DNA from: the human T2T-CHM13v2.0 reference genome, Homo sapiens
DNA length: 64,000 nucleotides
Direction: 5' to 3' (one strand)
NCBI RefSeq assembly: GCF_009914755.1
Contig: NC_060926.1
The first letter of the stretch is position 1. Each line of letters starts with the position of its first letter. The notes beneath the pieces are model-generated. The model did no database searches and had not been told where the DNA came from. It saw only the letters and a program-made list of their open reading frames with translations. The translations under genes were made by a program, and so were the position numbers. Shown here piece after piece: positions 1 through 13,408 of this stretch.

Positions 1-3000
1 AGCTTTCAGGCTCTTGATACTAGACCCTGGCTATTTTTTTGGAGAGATCAGTGATCTATGTTGTTAACAGTGGCAGTTGTTTATTTCTTAAACTTTGCTT
101 ATTTGAAGTTGATGAGTAGCCTTAGCTCTCATGTTACAGTTATAAAATTTGAATATTCTGTTCATGTATTCATCAGATATTTGTTATAGTAATTTAAATT
201 TCTTTATTTCTTATACGTATTTGCATTTCTGGTCTCCAGCTTATATGCCTGCCAATATCTCTGATCTGTTTTACTATGGGGGTGGCATTTAGTTTTTGAA
301 GTCATTTTAATGTCTATAGATTCTACTTCACAATGACAGAAAATGAAAGCTTCTGCATGAGGCCAAGTAGCACATAGATCAAATAGCCACAGGTTCACTA
401 AAGGACAAATATTTTATTTTACTTTTCAATAATGCACATATGAAGAGTCTGCATTTGCCTCAGATAAGATAAATAATCATTTCTGTGGTAAGATTTAACG
501 ACAGTAAAAGATGTGTCTGTTGTACTTATCAGCTAATTTCTACCACATCCTGATTTCCCTCTTGAAACTTCTCCATAATTTCTCCTTCCTTAATACTTCT
601 ATATGGTTTACATAAACTTTGTATGTGACTCATCATATTGCTTTTACACTACAGACTGATTTTTTAGCCCTCTACATTCCCAGGAGGTCACCTTTACAGT
701 TTTACATATAGCTCATATGTGACATAAGGTTGTTGGAAAAATGAATGAATTGAGTAAATGAGTGAATGAACTACATCAGTTAAGTAATTAAGATGCATGT
801 CTATCCATTTTGCCATTGCAGAGAGTGGGGATATAAGGGAATAGCAAGTTGCATTTTGATGACTGGCAAACATTAGCAAAAAAGAAAAAAGTCCCTGGCC
901 TTTGCCTGTTTCTATATATTTTCTAGAACTATCTTAATACCTAATTACCCACTGCCATTGAGGAGTCATTCTTAATATAGAAAAGTTTAAGGTGTGTATC
1001 TATGTTGAGATTGGTTTCCACCCATGGTTTGCCAGATCTTGCTAGTCATTTCATATCCTCAATGAAAACTATTCTTTCAAAGGCATCAATGTGTTGTGGG
1101 ACTGGGGACAACTGCCACAGGCAGACTCAACTTCAGCTGAGTTTCCCTATAAAAATGTGTCTTCCATAGAGAAGCACCAATATGGGAACACCTACTGAGA
1201 GAGAGCATTTACTGACTTGGGATACCAGTTATGGGAGAAACCATCTTTAACTTGTTGCCATCTTTATAATCATTGACTTTAATGAGGGTTTCTCTAGTTG
1301 TCTCCAAGGAATCTGCTCTCTAATCAAGTCTAATTGGTGTTTTCCCTTGAGGTAAGAATTACATACACACAGTAAAGAACATAGTATGCCTAACGATTTT
1401 AGAGAAAAAAAAGAAGTTTTTTAAGAGCAACAAATAAGATTTGGATTAATTTCTATTAAATACTGATCTATCTATAATTTACTTTAAATAATGTTCTTTT
1501 ATAATATCTCAATTTAAAAGATACTCATAATAGGATAATAAAGTACCAGGCATAATGCTGAATTTCAGAAGCATAAAATTGCCTACAACCTTGCATTACT
1601 GCATGAAGATTAGAAAATTGTTATATAATTTTTGCTAGTTTTAAAACCTGGCAAATGTGTTGCAATGAATGTTGTTTTTACTGAAGTATCTCTATTAAGG
1701 CATTACACTATAAAACAAATTTAATTTTCTTTCCCCTTGGATAAAAATGTAAAAAAAGGATAGCATAATGAATAGCTTTGTATTTGATACACAAAATTAA
1801 CATATGATGTCTACGAGTTTTCGTATATGCCTTGGGTCTATTTTGTTAACAGATGTTTATAGAAAGTAGAGCATAATTCTTTATGCTCTACTTCTTTCTT
1901 GCTTCTTCCCATCCTACTTTCTTTATAAATGACAGACACTATTAACATGACTTTTAGATATATCTGGTCCATTTTTTTAATATATCAACAGCTTATATGT
2001 ACCACTAACAACAGTATATAATACTTGTATTATATATTTGTACTTTATCTCTGTCAATTTTTTATTTTGCTTAGAAAAAGAGAAATCACTCTGTACCTTG
2101 GTAAACATTAATAAATTGATAAGCCAGGCAATCAAAAGGAGATGATGATGAAGTGAGAGTCACACTGTTAAATTGTTTAAAATAAAGGTTTCAAATCTCT
2201 GGTTTTCCAAATTTTAAAATATTAGTGATACACAGTTTGCACACTAGAGAGTATACTTTGAGCTTAGATGATTTTATGAATGTGGGCATCTTTTCTCATC
2301 TAGAATTTATTAGGGTTTTTGATAAATATAGATGGGTCCTATAAATGCTAGCTCTTAAAACTTTTTGTAAGAGCGGGAAGTAGATTTCATCTTATTTTGA
2401 GCAGTCTCTGTCTGCTCTGTTTCTTCAGCAAGTTCTTTCAATTGTTTTTATTCATTTTCTTCAGTTTGAAGTGAATAGTCCAATAAAAAGTTGGTTGAAA
2501 ATGTTACTTTATTAGTTAACATTTCCATAATTTTTGTGCAACTTCTTGGGAATTTAAAAACAAGAGTATATACATTTTAAAAACAATTAGTCCACTTTCA
2601 AATGATTTTGGTAGCAAAATTTCTGAGATTTTTTTTTTCAGGAATTAATGACTATTTTGCTTTTATGAACAATGGTTAATCAACTAATGGATCAGCACTT
2701 CACAATTGCGTGGTATTTAGTATACCTAGGGTGAAGTATAAAATAATGCCTATGATTATTGGAATTTTAAATCAAGGTACAATGGTTAAAAATAAAAATG
2801 TCTTACCTCACTGTTTTACATTCTAACAATAAACTAGAATTTAATTATTTCGGTTTATTTCAGGAATATATAACAAGAAAATTGACTATTCATTTATTAC
2901 TTCTAGAAATTCTATTTTCTTATGATAAAAACTTTATCAGTGACACCTAGATATAAATTCAATATGAAGTCTAAGTAATAAAAAGGAAACAACTGAGGAT

Positions 3001-3612
3001 CGAGCATTGAAGTAGCTTAACTTTCCAGAATATGGAGTAAAAAGCTACAGGGATGAAAAAGTCAGAGGAAAAACATTTAAAAGACATAGTGTATCAGTGA
3101 AGCAAACCCCTAATCTGTATAACAGGTATTCCAGAAAGAGAGAACGAAAAAATAAGAAAGAAGAAGGAAAAAAGGTCACAGATGCATACCTCATCTTACT
3201 GTGCTTCACTTTATTGTGGTTCCCAGATATTTTGTTTTTAATACATTGAAGATTGGTGGTAACTCTGCATTTAGAAACCCTGCATTGAGCAACCCATTTT
3301 TGCAACAGCGTATGTTCACTTCATGTCTCTGTGTCACATTTTGGTGATTCTTGCAATATTTCAATTTTTCATTGTTATTATATCTGTTACGATGATCTGT
3401 GATCAGTGACCTTAGATGTTACTGTCGTAATTGTTTTGGGCACAGCAAACGGCACTCATATAAAACATGGCAAACTTAATTGATAAATGTTATATGTATA
3501 TGTTCTGATTGTTGCACTGACCAGCCACTCCTCTATTTCTCTCTCTCTCCTTGGGTCTCCCTATTCCCTGAGAGGCAACCATATTGAAATTAGACGAATT
3601 AATAACCCTATA

Positions 3613-5656
3613 ATGTCCTCTAAGTTTGCAAGTGAAAGGAAGAGTTCAATATGTCTAACTTTAAAACAAAATGATTAAGGTTAGTGAGAAAGACATATTA
3701 AAAGCAAGGACAGTCCAAAAGGTAGGCCTTTTGTGCCACATATCCCAGTTGCAAATGGAAAAAAAAAAAAAGTTCTTAAAGAAAGTTAGAAGTCTAGTCC
3801 AGTGAAGACACGAATTATAGGAAAGTGAAACTTGCCAGGCGCAGTGGCTCATGCCTGCAATCCCAGCCCAGCACTTTGGTAGTCCCAGGCATGTGGATCA
3901 CCTGAGGTCAGGTGTTCAAGATCAGCCGGACCAACATGGTGAAACCCCACCCTGTCTCTACTAAAAATACAAAATTTAACCAGGCATGGTGGTGGGTGCT
4001 TGGAATCCCAGCTACTTGGGAGGCTGAGGCAGGAGAATCGCTTGAACCCAGGAGGCGGAACTTGTGAAGAGCCAAGATGGCGCCACTGCACTCCAGCCTG
4101 GATGAAAGAGCAAGACTCCATCTAAAATTAAAAAAAAAAGTGAAACAGCCTTACTGCTGATATGAAGAAATTTTAGTGGCCTGGATAGAACATCAAACCA
4201 GTCAGAACAGTCCCAGCAAGTCCCTAAATCTCTTCAATTCTTTCAAGGTTTGAAGGAGGTAAGGAAGCTGCAGAAATAAAGTTCGAAGCTAGCAGAGGCT
4301 GGTTCAAAAGGCTAAAGGGAAAGCCATTTCCATAAAAGTGCAAGGTGAACCAACAAGCACTGATGTATAACTCTGCAGAAAGTTACACATAAGATCTAGC
4401 TAAGATCATTAGTGAAACTGGCTAACATTAAACAGTAGGTTTTCAGTGTAGATGACACAGTCTTCTATTGGAAAAAGATGGCATCTAGGACTTTCATAGC
4501 TAGAGAGGAGAAGTCAATGCCTGGCTTCAAAGCTTCGCCGGAAAGGGTGACTCTCTTGTTAGGGGCTAATGCAGCTGATGACTTTAAGTTGCAGCCAATG
4601 CTCATTTACCATTCCTAAAATTTTAGGGCCATTAAGAATTATACTAAAACTACTCTGCCTATTCTCTGTAAATTGAACAACAAGGCCTAGAAGACAGAAC
4701 ATCTGTTTACAGCATGGTTTCCTGAATATTTTAAGGCCACTGATGAGACTTACTGCTTGGTAATAAAACATTGCTTTCAAAATATTACTGCTCATTGGCA
4801 ATGAACTAGTCACCCATGAGCTCTTATGGAGATATGCAAGAAAATTAACATTGTTTTCATGCCTGTTAACTCAGTATCCTTTCTTCAGCCCATGGATCAA
4901 ATAATTTTGATTTGAGAACATACTGCTTAAGAAATATATTTTGTAAGCCTATAGCTGCCATAGTGATTTCTCTAACAGATCTGGGCAAAGTAAATTGAAA
5001 ACCTTCTGGGAAGGAATCACCCTTCTAAATGCTATTAAGAACATTCTTGATTTACAAAAGGCAGTCAAAATATCAACATTAATAGGAGTCTGGAAGAAGT
5101 TGATTTCAATCCTAATGGGTGACTTTGAGGGGTTCATCATTTCAGTGGAGGAAGTAATTGCAAATGTGGTGGAAACAGCGTAAGAACTAGAGTTAAAAGT
5201 GGAACGTGAAAATGTGAATGCATTGCTGCAATCTCATAATAAAATTTCAGTGAATGAGGAGATGCTCCTAATGGAGCTAAGAAAGTAGAATCTTGAGATG
5301 GAATCTACTCTTGGTGAAGATGCTGTTATAATTATTGAAATGACACAAAGGACATGGAATATCACATGAATTTTGTTGATAAAGTAGGGATAGGGTTTGA
5401 GAGGGTTGACCCCAGTTTTGAAAGAAATTCTACTGTGGGTGAAATGCGGGTACAGCATCACATGCCACAGAAAGATCTTTAGTGAAAGGAAGAATCAAAC
5501 ACCAAGGGAAACTTTATTATCTATTTTTAAAAATTGCCATAGCCACCTCGAACTTCAGCAACCACCACTCTAATTAGTCAGCAGCCATGGACATTGAGTC
5601 AAGACCCTTCACCAGCTAAAAGATTATGAATCACTGAAGGCTCAGATTATCCTTAG
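3613..5656 (+). pseudogene. Degenerate Tigger1 transposase (CENP-B/pogo family, DDE) with stops, frameshifts and an Alu insertion
   Basis: Starts MSSKFASERKS at 3613; later frame fragment KTFWEGITLLNAIKNI...GVWKKLIS (ORF 4995-5183) resembles Tigger/TIGD-type transposase. Confidence 0.8.
3833..4139 (+). mobile_element. AluS (Sx-like) inserted in Tigger1
   Basis: Dimeric Alu with 'ggatcacctgaggtcagg' and A tail; TSD aaagtgaaac at 3822-3831 and 4137-4146. Confidence 0.95.
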
Positions 5657-6169
5657 AAATTTTTAGCTGTAAAATATTTTTATTTAAGATATTTTCACCT
5701 TTTTAGACATACTACTATTATGTACTTGGTAAACTAGAGTAGAGTTTAACATAACTTTTACATGAACTAGGAAGCAAACAAAAAAAAATCATGTGACTTG
5801 CTTTATTATGTTATTAACTTTGTTGAGATGATTTGGAACCCAACCCACAGTACTTCAAGGTATGCAAAACAGTATTGGAAGAAAAAAAACCAAAACACAA
5901 AAAACCTCTGTGGGGCCAGAAGAAGTCAGGTGTTTCAAACTGATTCGATCCCTAGGCCCTGGATTCTGGTACACAAAAACAAGCTTATGACTAGAGAGGT
6001 AATTAAACGAACTTTTCAGAGTGGGCAAACACAGTTACAACTACAACAATATCAGCAATGGCTTATTAATAAGCAAACAAGAATCCAATTGGTATTTGAT
6101 TTTTCATTAGTGACCATGAAGACATGGAGAACATCTTTATAATCCTTAAAATAATCAGTTTTAAAAGTA

Positions 6170-6470
6170 GTCGAAGATACAAGAGTCTGGGAAGGGTACA
6201 GGGAGTGGGGGATAGGGAGAGTTTGTTAAAGGGTAATCAAATTACAGTTAGATAGGAGGATTAAATTCTAGTGTTCTATAGTACCGTAGGATGGCTATAG
6301 TTGACAGTGATTTATCATACAATTTCAAACAGCAAGAAAGAACGTTCCCAACACACAGAAATAATAAATATTTGAGATTATGGATATGCTAATTTATCTG
6401 ATCAGATCACTATAAATTGTGTATATGGAAACATCACATCATAAATATGTACAGTTATCATGTGTCAAAT
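6170..6470 (+). mobile_element. L1MA-type 3' end fragment (5'-truncated)
   Basis: 'ttacagttagataggaggattaaattctagtgttctatag', 'ttcccaacacacagaaataataaatatttgagattatggatatgctaatt'; candidate TSD ttttaaaagta at 6159-6169 and 6470-6480. Confidence 0.8.
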
Positions 6471-7660
6471 TTTAAAAGTATCAGCTCAAACACAGAATTC
6501 TGTACAGCCTAATTAGCAATCAAGTTTGAGGGCAAAATGAAATGATTTTAGACATTCAACAATTCACAGAATTTACTATTCACACATGGCCTATCAAGGT
6601 TTTATCTTTTCTTTTTAACGTGGTATTTTTTTCACTTACATTCATAATGATAATATGTGTGAAATTTCTGCTATTACCTAAGAATAAGACTTTTTTGAGT
6701 TGAGAGGCTTGCTAAAGACTTTTTTTTTTTTTTTGCTTTTAAATGTGTTCTTGCAATCTCTTGTGCTTTATGTTTCCAGTTTTTCCTCACAGATACTGAA
6801 TTTATGTTAATGTGATTGTTTTGGTAATCTTAACAGTCTGTTTTAAATTCTCCTTGTGATACTTTTTAGGAAAAAAAACTGAACTACTTCTTTTTTTCTA
6901 ATAACCACCATGAAAAGTAAAATAGAGCTTCTTTAGTTTCTGTTAGCTAAGATGAAAAAAAGTACCAAACTCTTCCTGTTATATAACAGTTTTTTCCCCA
7001 TTTTCTCTCTCATTTTTGTTCCAGCATATATTGTTAAACTTTTTTCCTATTCCTCTTTGAAGTATTATAATGTTTGATTTATATACTCCATCCTATTCTA
7101 ACACTGAACTTTTTATGGAATTCTAATTGTAAATGGTTGCAAGTTTTACCAACTGTATTTTTGTGTCAGAAATACGCTGTGAATCTCTTTACTTAACTTC
7201 CTGATTGGTGAAAGTGGTCTTTCATTAAATCCATATATATCCATTGCATATTTTTTGATAAATATTACTGATAAACCACAATCTGGTGTAAAATTGAATT
7301 CCTAGTACAAAATCCTTTCTCCATAACACTTAGCATTTCAGACTTCTGTAACTTCCGTTCAGAAGTTCATGCCAGAGAATTTCAGGCTAAGTTTTGTCTA
7401 TAAAAGAAATTAATATTTTCTACTAAGTGATGTCTATATAAGATATTAATATTTTCTGTTTGGTATTGTGAAGGTCTGTGGTTTGTGGCTTACGTATAAA
7501 GTACTTTTTGTGTAGGAGTGAACAGGGTTCTAATAATATTTTACTTAACTTTTACTGAAACATTATTTATTATTATATTTTAATAACAAAGTGATATGGA
7601 GAAAATGAGAGCACATTCTTGCTCTTATGTTCCTACTTCAAATGAGAAATGTATAAAAAA

Positions 7661-7870
7661 GGCCAGGCACGGTGGCTCACATCTGTAACCCTTGCATTTT
7701 GGGAGACTGAGGTGGGCAGATCTCTTGAGCTTAGGAGTTCGAGACCAATCCAAGCAACAAAGTGAGGCCCCATCTCTATAAAAAGTTAAAAAATAAAAAA
7801 AAAAATTAACCAAGCATGATGGTGCATGCCTGTGGTCCCAGCTACTTGGGACGCTGAGGTGGGAGGATTC
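7661..7870 (+). mobile_element. AluJ, 3'-truncated
   Basis: Left monomer plus start of right monomer, ending at 'gggaggatt'; no A tail. Confidence 0.9.
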
Positions 7871-8019
7871 TACTAGTAGCCAACTAGTCAGTTGTAAAAA
7901 GGTAAGGCCAGAAACATAACAGTGGTTTATGGAGACTGGTCTCCTGAACAGGACAGTACCAGTTGCTAAAAATGGAGGGTTCTAAATGAAACATTCCAGG
8001 AGGGAGTTTACTTTTTCCA

Positions 8020-8625
8020 TTCAGGTTATTGTCTCCACCATCCACCAGGTCTCACAAATGAGAAATCAAGGAGGAATCTGCACTCCAGAGCTACAGACAG
8101 GAGTCCTGTCCCTCCTGTCTTCCACGGGCCTACTCTTCAAACTGTCATCCTAGTTTCAGCCTATTTCTTCTCTTGCTTGGATTGTTTGCTACAGCCATTT
8201 ATCCTTCCAATGTCTTCCTTTCAATCTGTGCTGCTACCAGACCAAGCTGGCTCCACTCTGCCAGCCAGGTAAAGTCTCAACTCCTTACCATGGCCATAGA
8301 CACTCCAGGACCAGGCTACTCTGTGAATGCTGTTTTCACTCTCCTGGTTCCAGTGAGTGGCTATGTATCCAGGTCTGTGCTTCAATATGTGAAACTCATC
8401 TTCAATAAGAACACTGCAAACCCCAGCATCACCTCTCCTGTGGAGCTTTCTACCAGTCTCTTTCCTCTTCGGTGACAAGCCAGCCTACTTGTATTGTGTG
8501 TTTAATCAGTCTGTGCTAGTATGAGCCCCTGAAGATGAAAGGCTGCATCTTATTTACATTCACAGCTGTATTATGTAACAATATGCTTAACACATAGTAA
8601 ATGCCCAATTAATGTTTATTGAACC
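8020..8625 (+). mobile_element. L2 fragment including 3' end
   Basis: Pyrimidine-rich L2-like body ending 'cacatagtaaatgcccaattaatgtttattgaa'. Confidence 0.6.
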
Positions 8626-9138
8626 AAAAATGGATTAATGGGGGACCTGAGTTCTACACTTCACCTTTAGCACTTTCCCAGCCCCGAGCCCTCCCTCTTT
8701 AGACCTCAGAGGAATTTCTCGATTTTGTAGCCAGACCATCCTATGGTTTGAGAATGCAATTTACACATGCCCCACTGGAAAATTAACCAAACTACCCAAT
8801 GTGACATGCAAAGCTAGGACAGAGGAACTGGGAAGAGGAAGACTCCTGTTAGCAAACAAAAATGTTAAAGCTTCTCACCATATGCCACTCTTCCCCTGAC
8901 CCCCACTGTTTCTCGCAAATCCCCATCTCAGGAATTAGAAAACTTGGAGCAGAGTCACAGTCACTGAAAATTTTGCTGAAAAAAACTTCAGCCATCTCAG
9001 CTTTCATGATCTGGGAGAACTAAAATAGAGCACTGCAGACAAGTGCTAAATGATTGTGAATTGACTGGGAGAAAGGTCTTTTATACTGCTCTTAACCTAA
9101 TCAAGATTTGGATATTTTATTGGTACCTGATTTAAATT

Positions 9139-9356
9139 AGCTCACTGTAGTCTCAAACTCATGGGTTCAAATGATACTCCTGCCTCAGCCTCCCTGGAAG
9201 CTTAACTACAGGTGCACACCACCACACCCGGCTAATTTTTTTTTTTTTTTGGTAGAACTGGGGTCTCGCTATGTTGTTCAGGCTGGTCTCCAACTCCTGG
9301 CTTCAAGTAATCCACCCACCTCGACCTCCCAAATTGTTGAACCACCATGCCCAGCC
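9139..9356 (-). mobile_element. AluJ fragment (lacks its 3' end)
   Basis: 'gctcactgtagtctcaaactc...gggtctcgctatgttgttcaggctggtctc...ccaccatgcccagcc'. Confidence 0.9.
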
Positions 9357-9389
9357 AGGAAATGTGATTTTTAAAAGTGTCTTTGAATC

Positions 9390-9600
9390 CTATTGTTGAG
9401 CATTTTGTAACAAGCATCATGCTAGACTTCTTGAGATATTTTCTCATTGAATTTTCACAAAATCCTATGAAGGAGATATTTCCAAAACTATAACCTTATT
9501 TAGGGAAGAAGAAAGAGTCTAAATGAAGTGAAGTAACTTGCCCAAGTCATGGAGCTAATTATTAATAGAAATGGGCAGGGAATTTAAAGCTAGTTTTCAA
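9390..9600 (-). mobile_element. MIR
   Basis: MIR core 'gtgaagtaacttgcccaagtcatggagcta', 'ctcattgaattttcacaaaatcctatgaag'. Confidence 0.75.
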
Positions 9601-10549
9601 AGCTTAGAAAATAACTACTATACAGTCTGTTTTCACACACAAAAATTATATTGTGTATAATGTTGAAAATTGGAAAATGACTAAATTCCAAAGACAGACA
9701 GATGTTTAGCAAACTATAATTACATGTAAGTATCTTTATGTACCTATTAAAAGGTTTGCATATACTGCATAAACCCATGCAAAAAATTGTTAGGCCAAAG
9801 AAATAGAATATAGAATGTAAAATTGTACATAAAGCATTATTATGTACATTAATATGTGTATATAAATAACCTTATGTGGTTTTGTTTAAAAAGACAAAAA
9901 CAAAACAAACTTAGGCATGGTAGAGAAAAAAGAGAAACAACCAGTACAATCTTTCTGTTCTTTGGCAATAAGTTATGTCAAAAGCTTTTAAAATGTTGAG
10001 AATTCTAACCTAGTTCTTCTACTTCTTAACGTCTGTTGTAAAAAAAGTAAACAGTGGATAAATACTTGTGAATAAAAATATTCATCAGTGAAAAAATGTA
10101 AACAACTTAAATGGCCAAGAGGGTACTTTCAAGAAAATTATTGTACATATATAAGATGTAAATTTATATAGTCATTATGCCTTCAAAATGTTTTTAATGA
10201 TCTGAAAAAAAGCTTGCAATATGATGGTAAGCAGAATTGCATTATATAAAGTATATGTATGGTATAATCATAAAGTATAAGCCTAGATAAAAATACTTAT
10301 AATAAATATTCCAAAATGTTAGTAGTGCTTCTGCTTGGGTTGACTGATTTTCTTCTTTATAAGATTATGTTCTATTATTTTTCCTCTCATATAGTATTTT
10401 TACTGTAAATATTTTAAAAACCACTCTAACTTCCAAACTTACTCTAATAAGTACAATTACTTCTACAAATAATAAACACATTTAAAAACTATTTGAATGG
10501 TGACTTGAAAAGAGTGATCCTTTTTTAGAGTACCTTCTTTTTAGAGACA

Positions 10550-11016
<467 letters not shown>

Positions 11017-12780
11017 AAAAACATACTTTTTTTAAAAAAAGCTAAGAATTGTCACCAGCCTGTGGGAATTTTATGAAAAATGCATATAAGCTTACAACTA
11101 ATAAATGCTACTTTTGTACTTTAAGTTTTCCAGATCATAAAAAAAAAGACATGAATCTTTTCAACTCATTTGAAGAAACTACAAATGGCTTGGAAGAATA
11201 AATCTGACAAAAATAGCATACCTCCAGAAAAACTAGACATAGAATGGTACACTATAAGAAATATAACTCATTTCTAAAATTTAAAGAATTGCTCAACATT
11301 TTATCACAACAAGTGTTAAGCTGAAAGATATTTGCGAAAATCATCATCCTGAATAGAAAATCAAAGCAAGGTAAAGAAAAGCAAAAACTGACAAAATTGA
11401 GGGGCTAAAAGCATTACAAAATTTAAAAGGTGTATAACATTTTTCTGTTCATATAATGAAGGGTACCTATCTCAAATGAATGCAGTGTTTTCTTTAACAA
11501 TGAGCAATAGTCATTGATCATTTGGGTCCAATACATTTTTGAGAATTTCTCATTAATCATAATTAGACAACCTTAAACTTGCACATACATGCAACATGTC
11601 TATGTGATATCTGATGGTGCATAAATTTTCTTAAATACTCATCAATCTTTAGTTAAGTTTCTCTGCTTTAGGTTGTTCCCTTGAGAGTCAAGAGTAAGTG
11701 AACATTTCCATGATTAGAACCTTTATAAAACTGTTCTATCCAATGTAATACAACCAATAAATAAGATAATATGAGTTAATATGGAAGAAAAAAGAGATAT
11801 ATATTTACTTAAAGATGACATATTTTATTACCTGGAAAATCCAAGCGAAGAAATTGAGAAATCAGTAGACTTAATAAGAGCATTTGTTAAAATGGCTGGT
11901 TACAAAAATGCAAATAGTAACATAACTCTCCTACATATTTTTAAGAATAACCACTTAGAAAGCGAAGTGGCTGAAAAAAATTAATGAAGAAAAATATTAA
12001 ATGCCTCATAAAATTTTTAACAATTTATGTGTAGGACCTTTACAATGCAACCAAGACTCATTCCTGATAGATTTAAAAGAATGAAATAAATGAAAAGCTC
12101 ATATTTTATTTTGAGAGGGTATGTCTCTAAATGAAATATTGAGCACAAGACGACTATTGATTCAACCAAAACTAATCCATAGTTTAATGAACTTTTTTGA
12201 ACATAATACATTGATTTTCATATTTGTCTATGAGTTTAAATGTGTAGCCCACAATGTTGGAGAATAAAAATTAAAAAATATGCATTGCTGTTATTATTGC
12301 TTCATAATTATTACTTTTTAAAACTGTGAGGCTAATACGAGAATGCACAGAAATATCTACAAAATAAAGTGTAAATGAAAAAAAACACAGATATAGGCGA
12401 GCAAATACCTTACCATAAAGAAGTATACATTATTCAAAAATATTTTGAATGACCTGTTTAACTCATTAAACAGCAAAAGTTATATAGTATCATATGTCAA
12501 AGTAGATTCAAGAGGGTATAGCATTATCATGAGAAAGTTAACATATAAAGTATTCAAAATTTGTAAAGCAACCTTTAATTTTATTTGACTTTTCCTAAAC
12601 GTGTATAATTTTTTTTCTAAACCCTGCACCAAGGCCAATACCAAAAATAAACCATGATAGATGTAAATATATGACAAACAGCACCACCAATCAATATCAG
12701 CAATAGATTGACAAAACTTGTAACATTTAGTGCCTTTATTTTATATTTATATATACACATATATATATCATATATGTGAT

Positions 12781-12968
12781 TTTTTATCTCCCATTGAATC
12801 TCATTTTGACATATGTGCAAATATGTATATATACAAACAGATATAATATATACACACATATATGATATATGATACACACTGTATATGATATATACAGTGT
12901 GTATATATGTTTGTATTTATATATATATGTGCACATATGTCAAAATGGGATTCAATGGGAGATAAAAA
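12781..12968. repeat. Inverted repeat (39-bp arms, 38/39 identical) with TA-rich spacer and internal 15-bp hairpin
   Basis: 12781-12819 tttttatctcccattgaatctcattttgacatatgtgca is the reverse complement of 12930-12968 with one mismatch. Confidence 0.92.
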
Positions 12969-13281
12969 TTTTAAAATGAGTATATATTAAAAGTTTAAAA
13001 ATCCAAATTGCTGAGAAAAACATAAGAAAATAAAATCCTTTAATTTTCTACTAGCCAATGGAATTTGACCTAAAATAATAATTTACTACTTACTGGATGT
13101 CAAATTGTCAAGACCAATAAAGATAAAAGATAATGCCTAAATTATCAAGTGAAAGTCCTACTATTTTTGTGAATGGTTAAAAGTATATGCACTTTGAACT
13201 GAATCTTTTATATGTTTCTCTCTGTATATATTTATATATACTCTTAATATCTGTAAATGGTGTGTCCATCTCTGCACACAC

Positions 13282-13408
13282 TGTGTGTGTGTATATATAC
13301 ATATATGTGTGTTTGTATATATATACATATATATACATATATAGTGTGTGTGTATATATACATATGTATACATATGTGTGTGTATATATGTATTACCTAT
13401 ACATATTT
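13282..13408. repeat. (TA)/(TG)/(CA) compound microsatellite
   Basis: Direct inspection. Confidence 0.9.

Larger units (their letters stand above)
3181..5868 (+). mobile_element. Tigger1 (TcMar-Tigger DNA transposon), essentially full length, interrupted by an Alu
   Basis: Terminal inverted core tgcatacct (3183-3191) / aggtatgca (5858-5866); internal sequence tracks the Tigger1 consensus ('ttcatgtctctgtgtcacattttgg', 'ctctaagtttgcaagtgaaaggaagagt', 'gacccttcaccagctaaaagattatgaatcactgaaggctcaga'); ~2.4 kb after removing the Alu. Confidence 0.93.
2940..6595 (+). mobile_element. Highly diverged old L1/HAL1-like ORF1 relic, interrupted by Tigger1 and by an L1MA 3' end
   Basis: A-rich L1-ORF1-like stretches on both sides of the inserts, e.g. 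'aatctgtataacaggtattccagaaaagagagaac' (~3112) and 'cagaattctgtacagcctaattagcaatcaagtttgagggcaaaatgaaatg' (~6493); boundaries approximate. Confidence 0.5.

Noticed and set aside
1298-1351. Possible 54-nt plus-strand exon (tttctctag| ... GAG|gtaaga)
   Set aside because: Short pyrimidine tract, no partner exon nearby and no recognisable peptide; such pairs arise by chance in 64 kb.
3849-4121. Alu-derived ORFs (also 7625, 9171, 10525, 23572, 28504, 37171, 38764, 41475, 61881)
   Set aside because: Typical translations of Alu sequence, with no evidence of genes.
8173-8478. Overlapping 100-aa and 85-aa ORFs
   Set aside because: Lie within a diverged L2 relic and show no protein similarity I can recognise.
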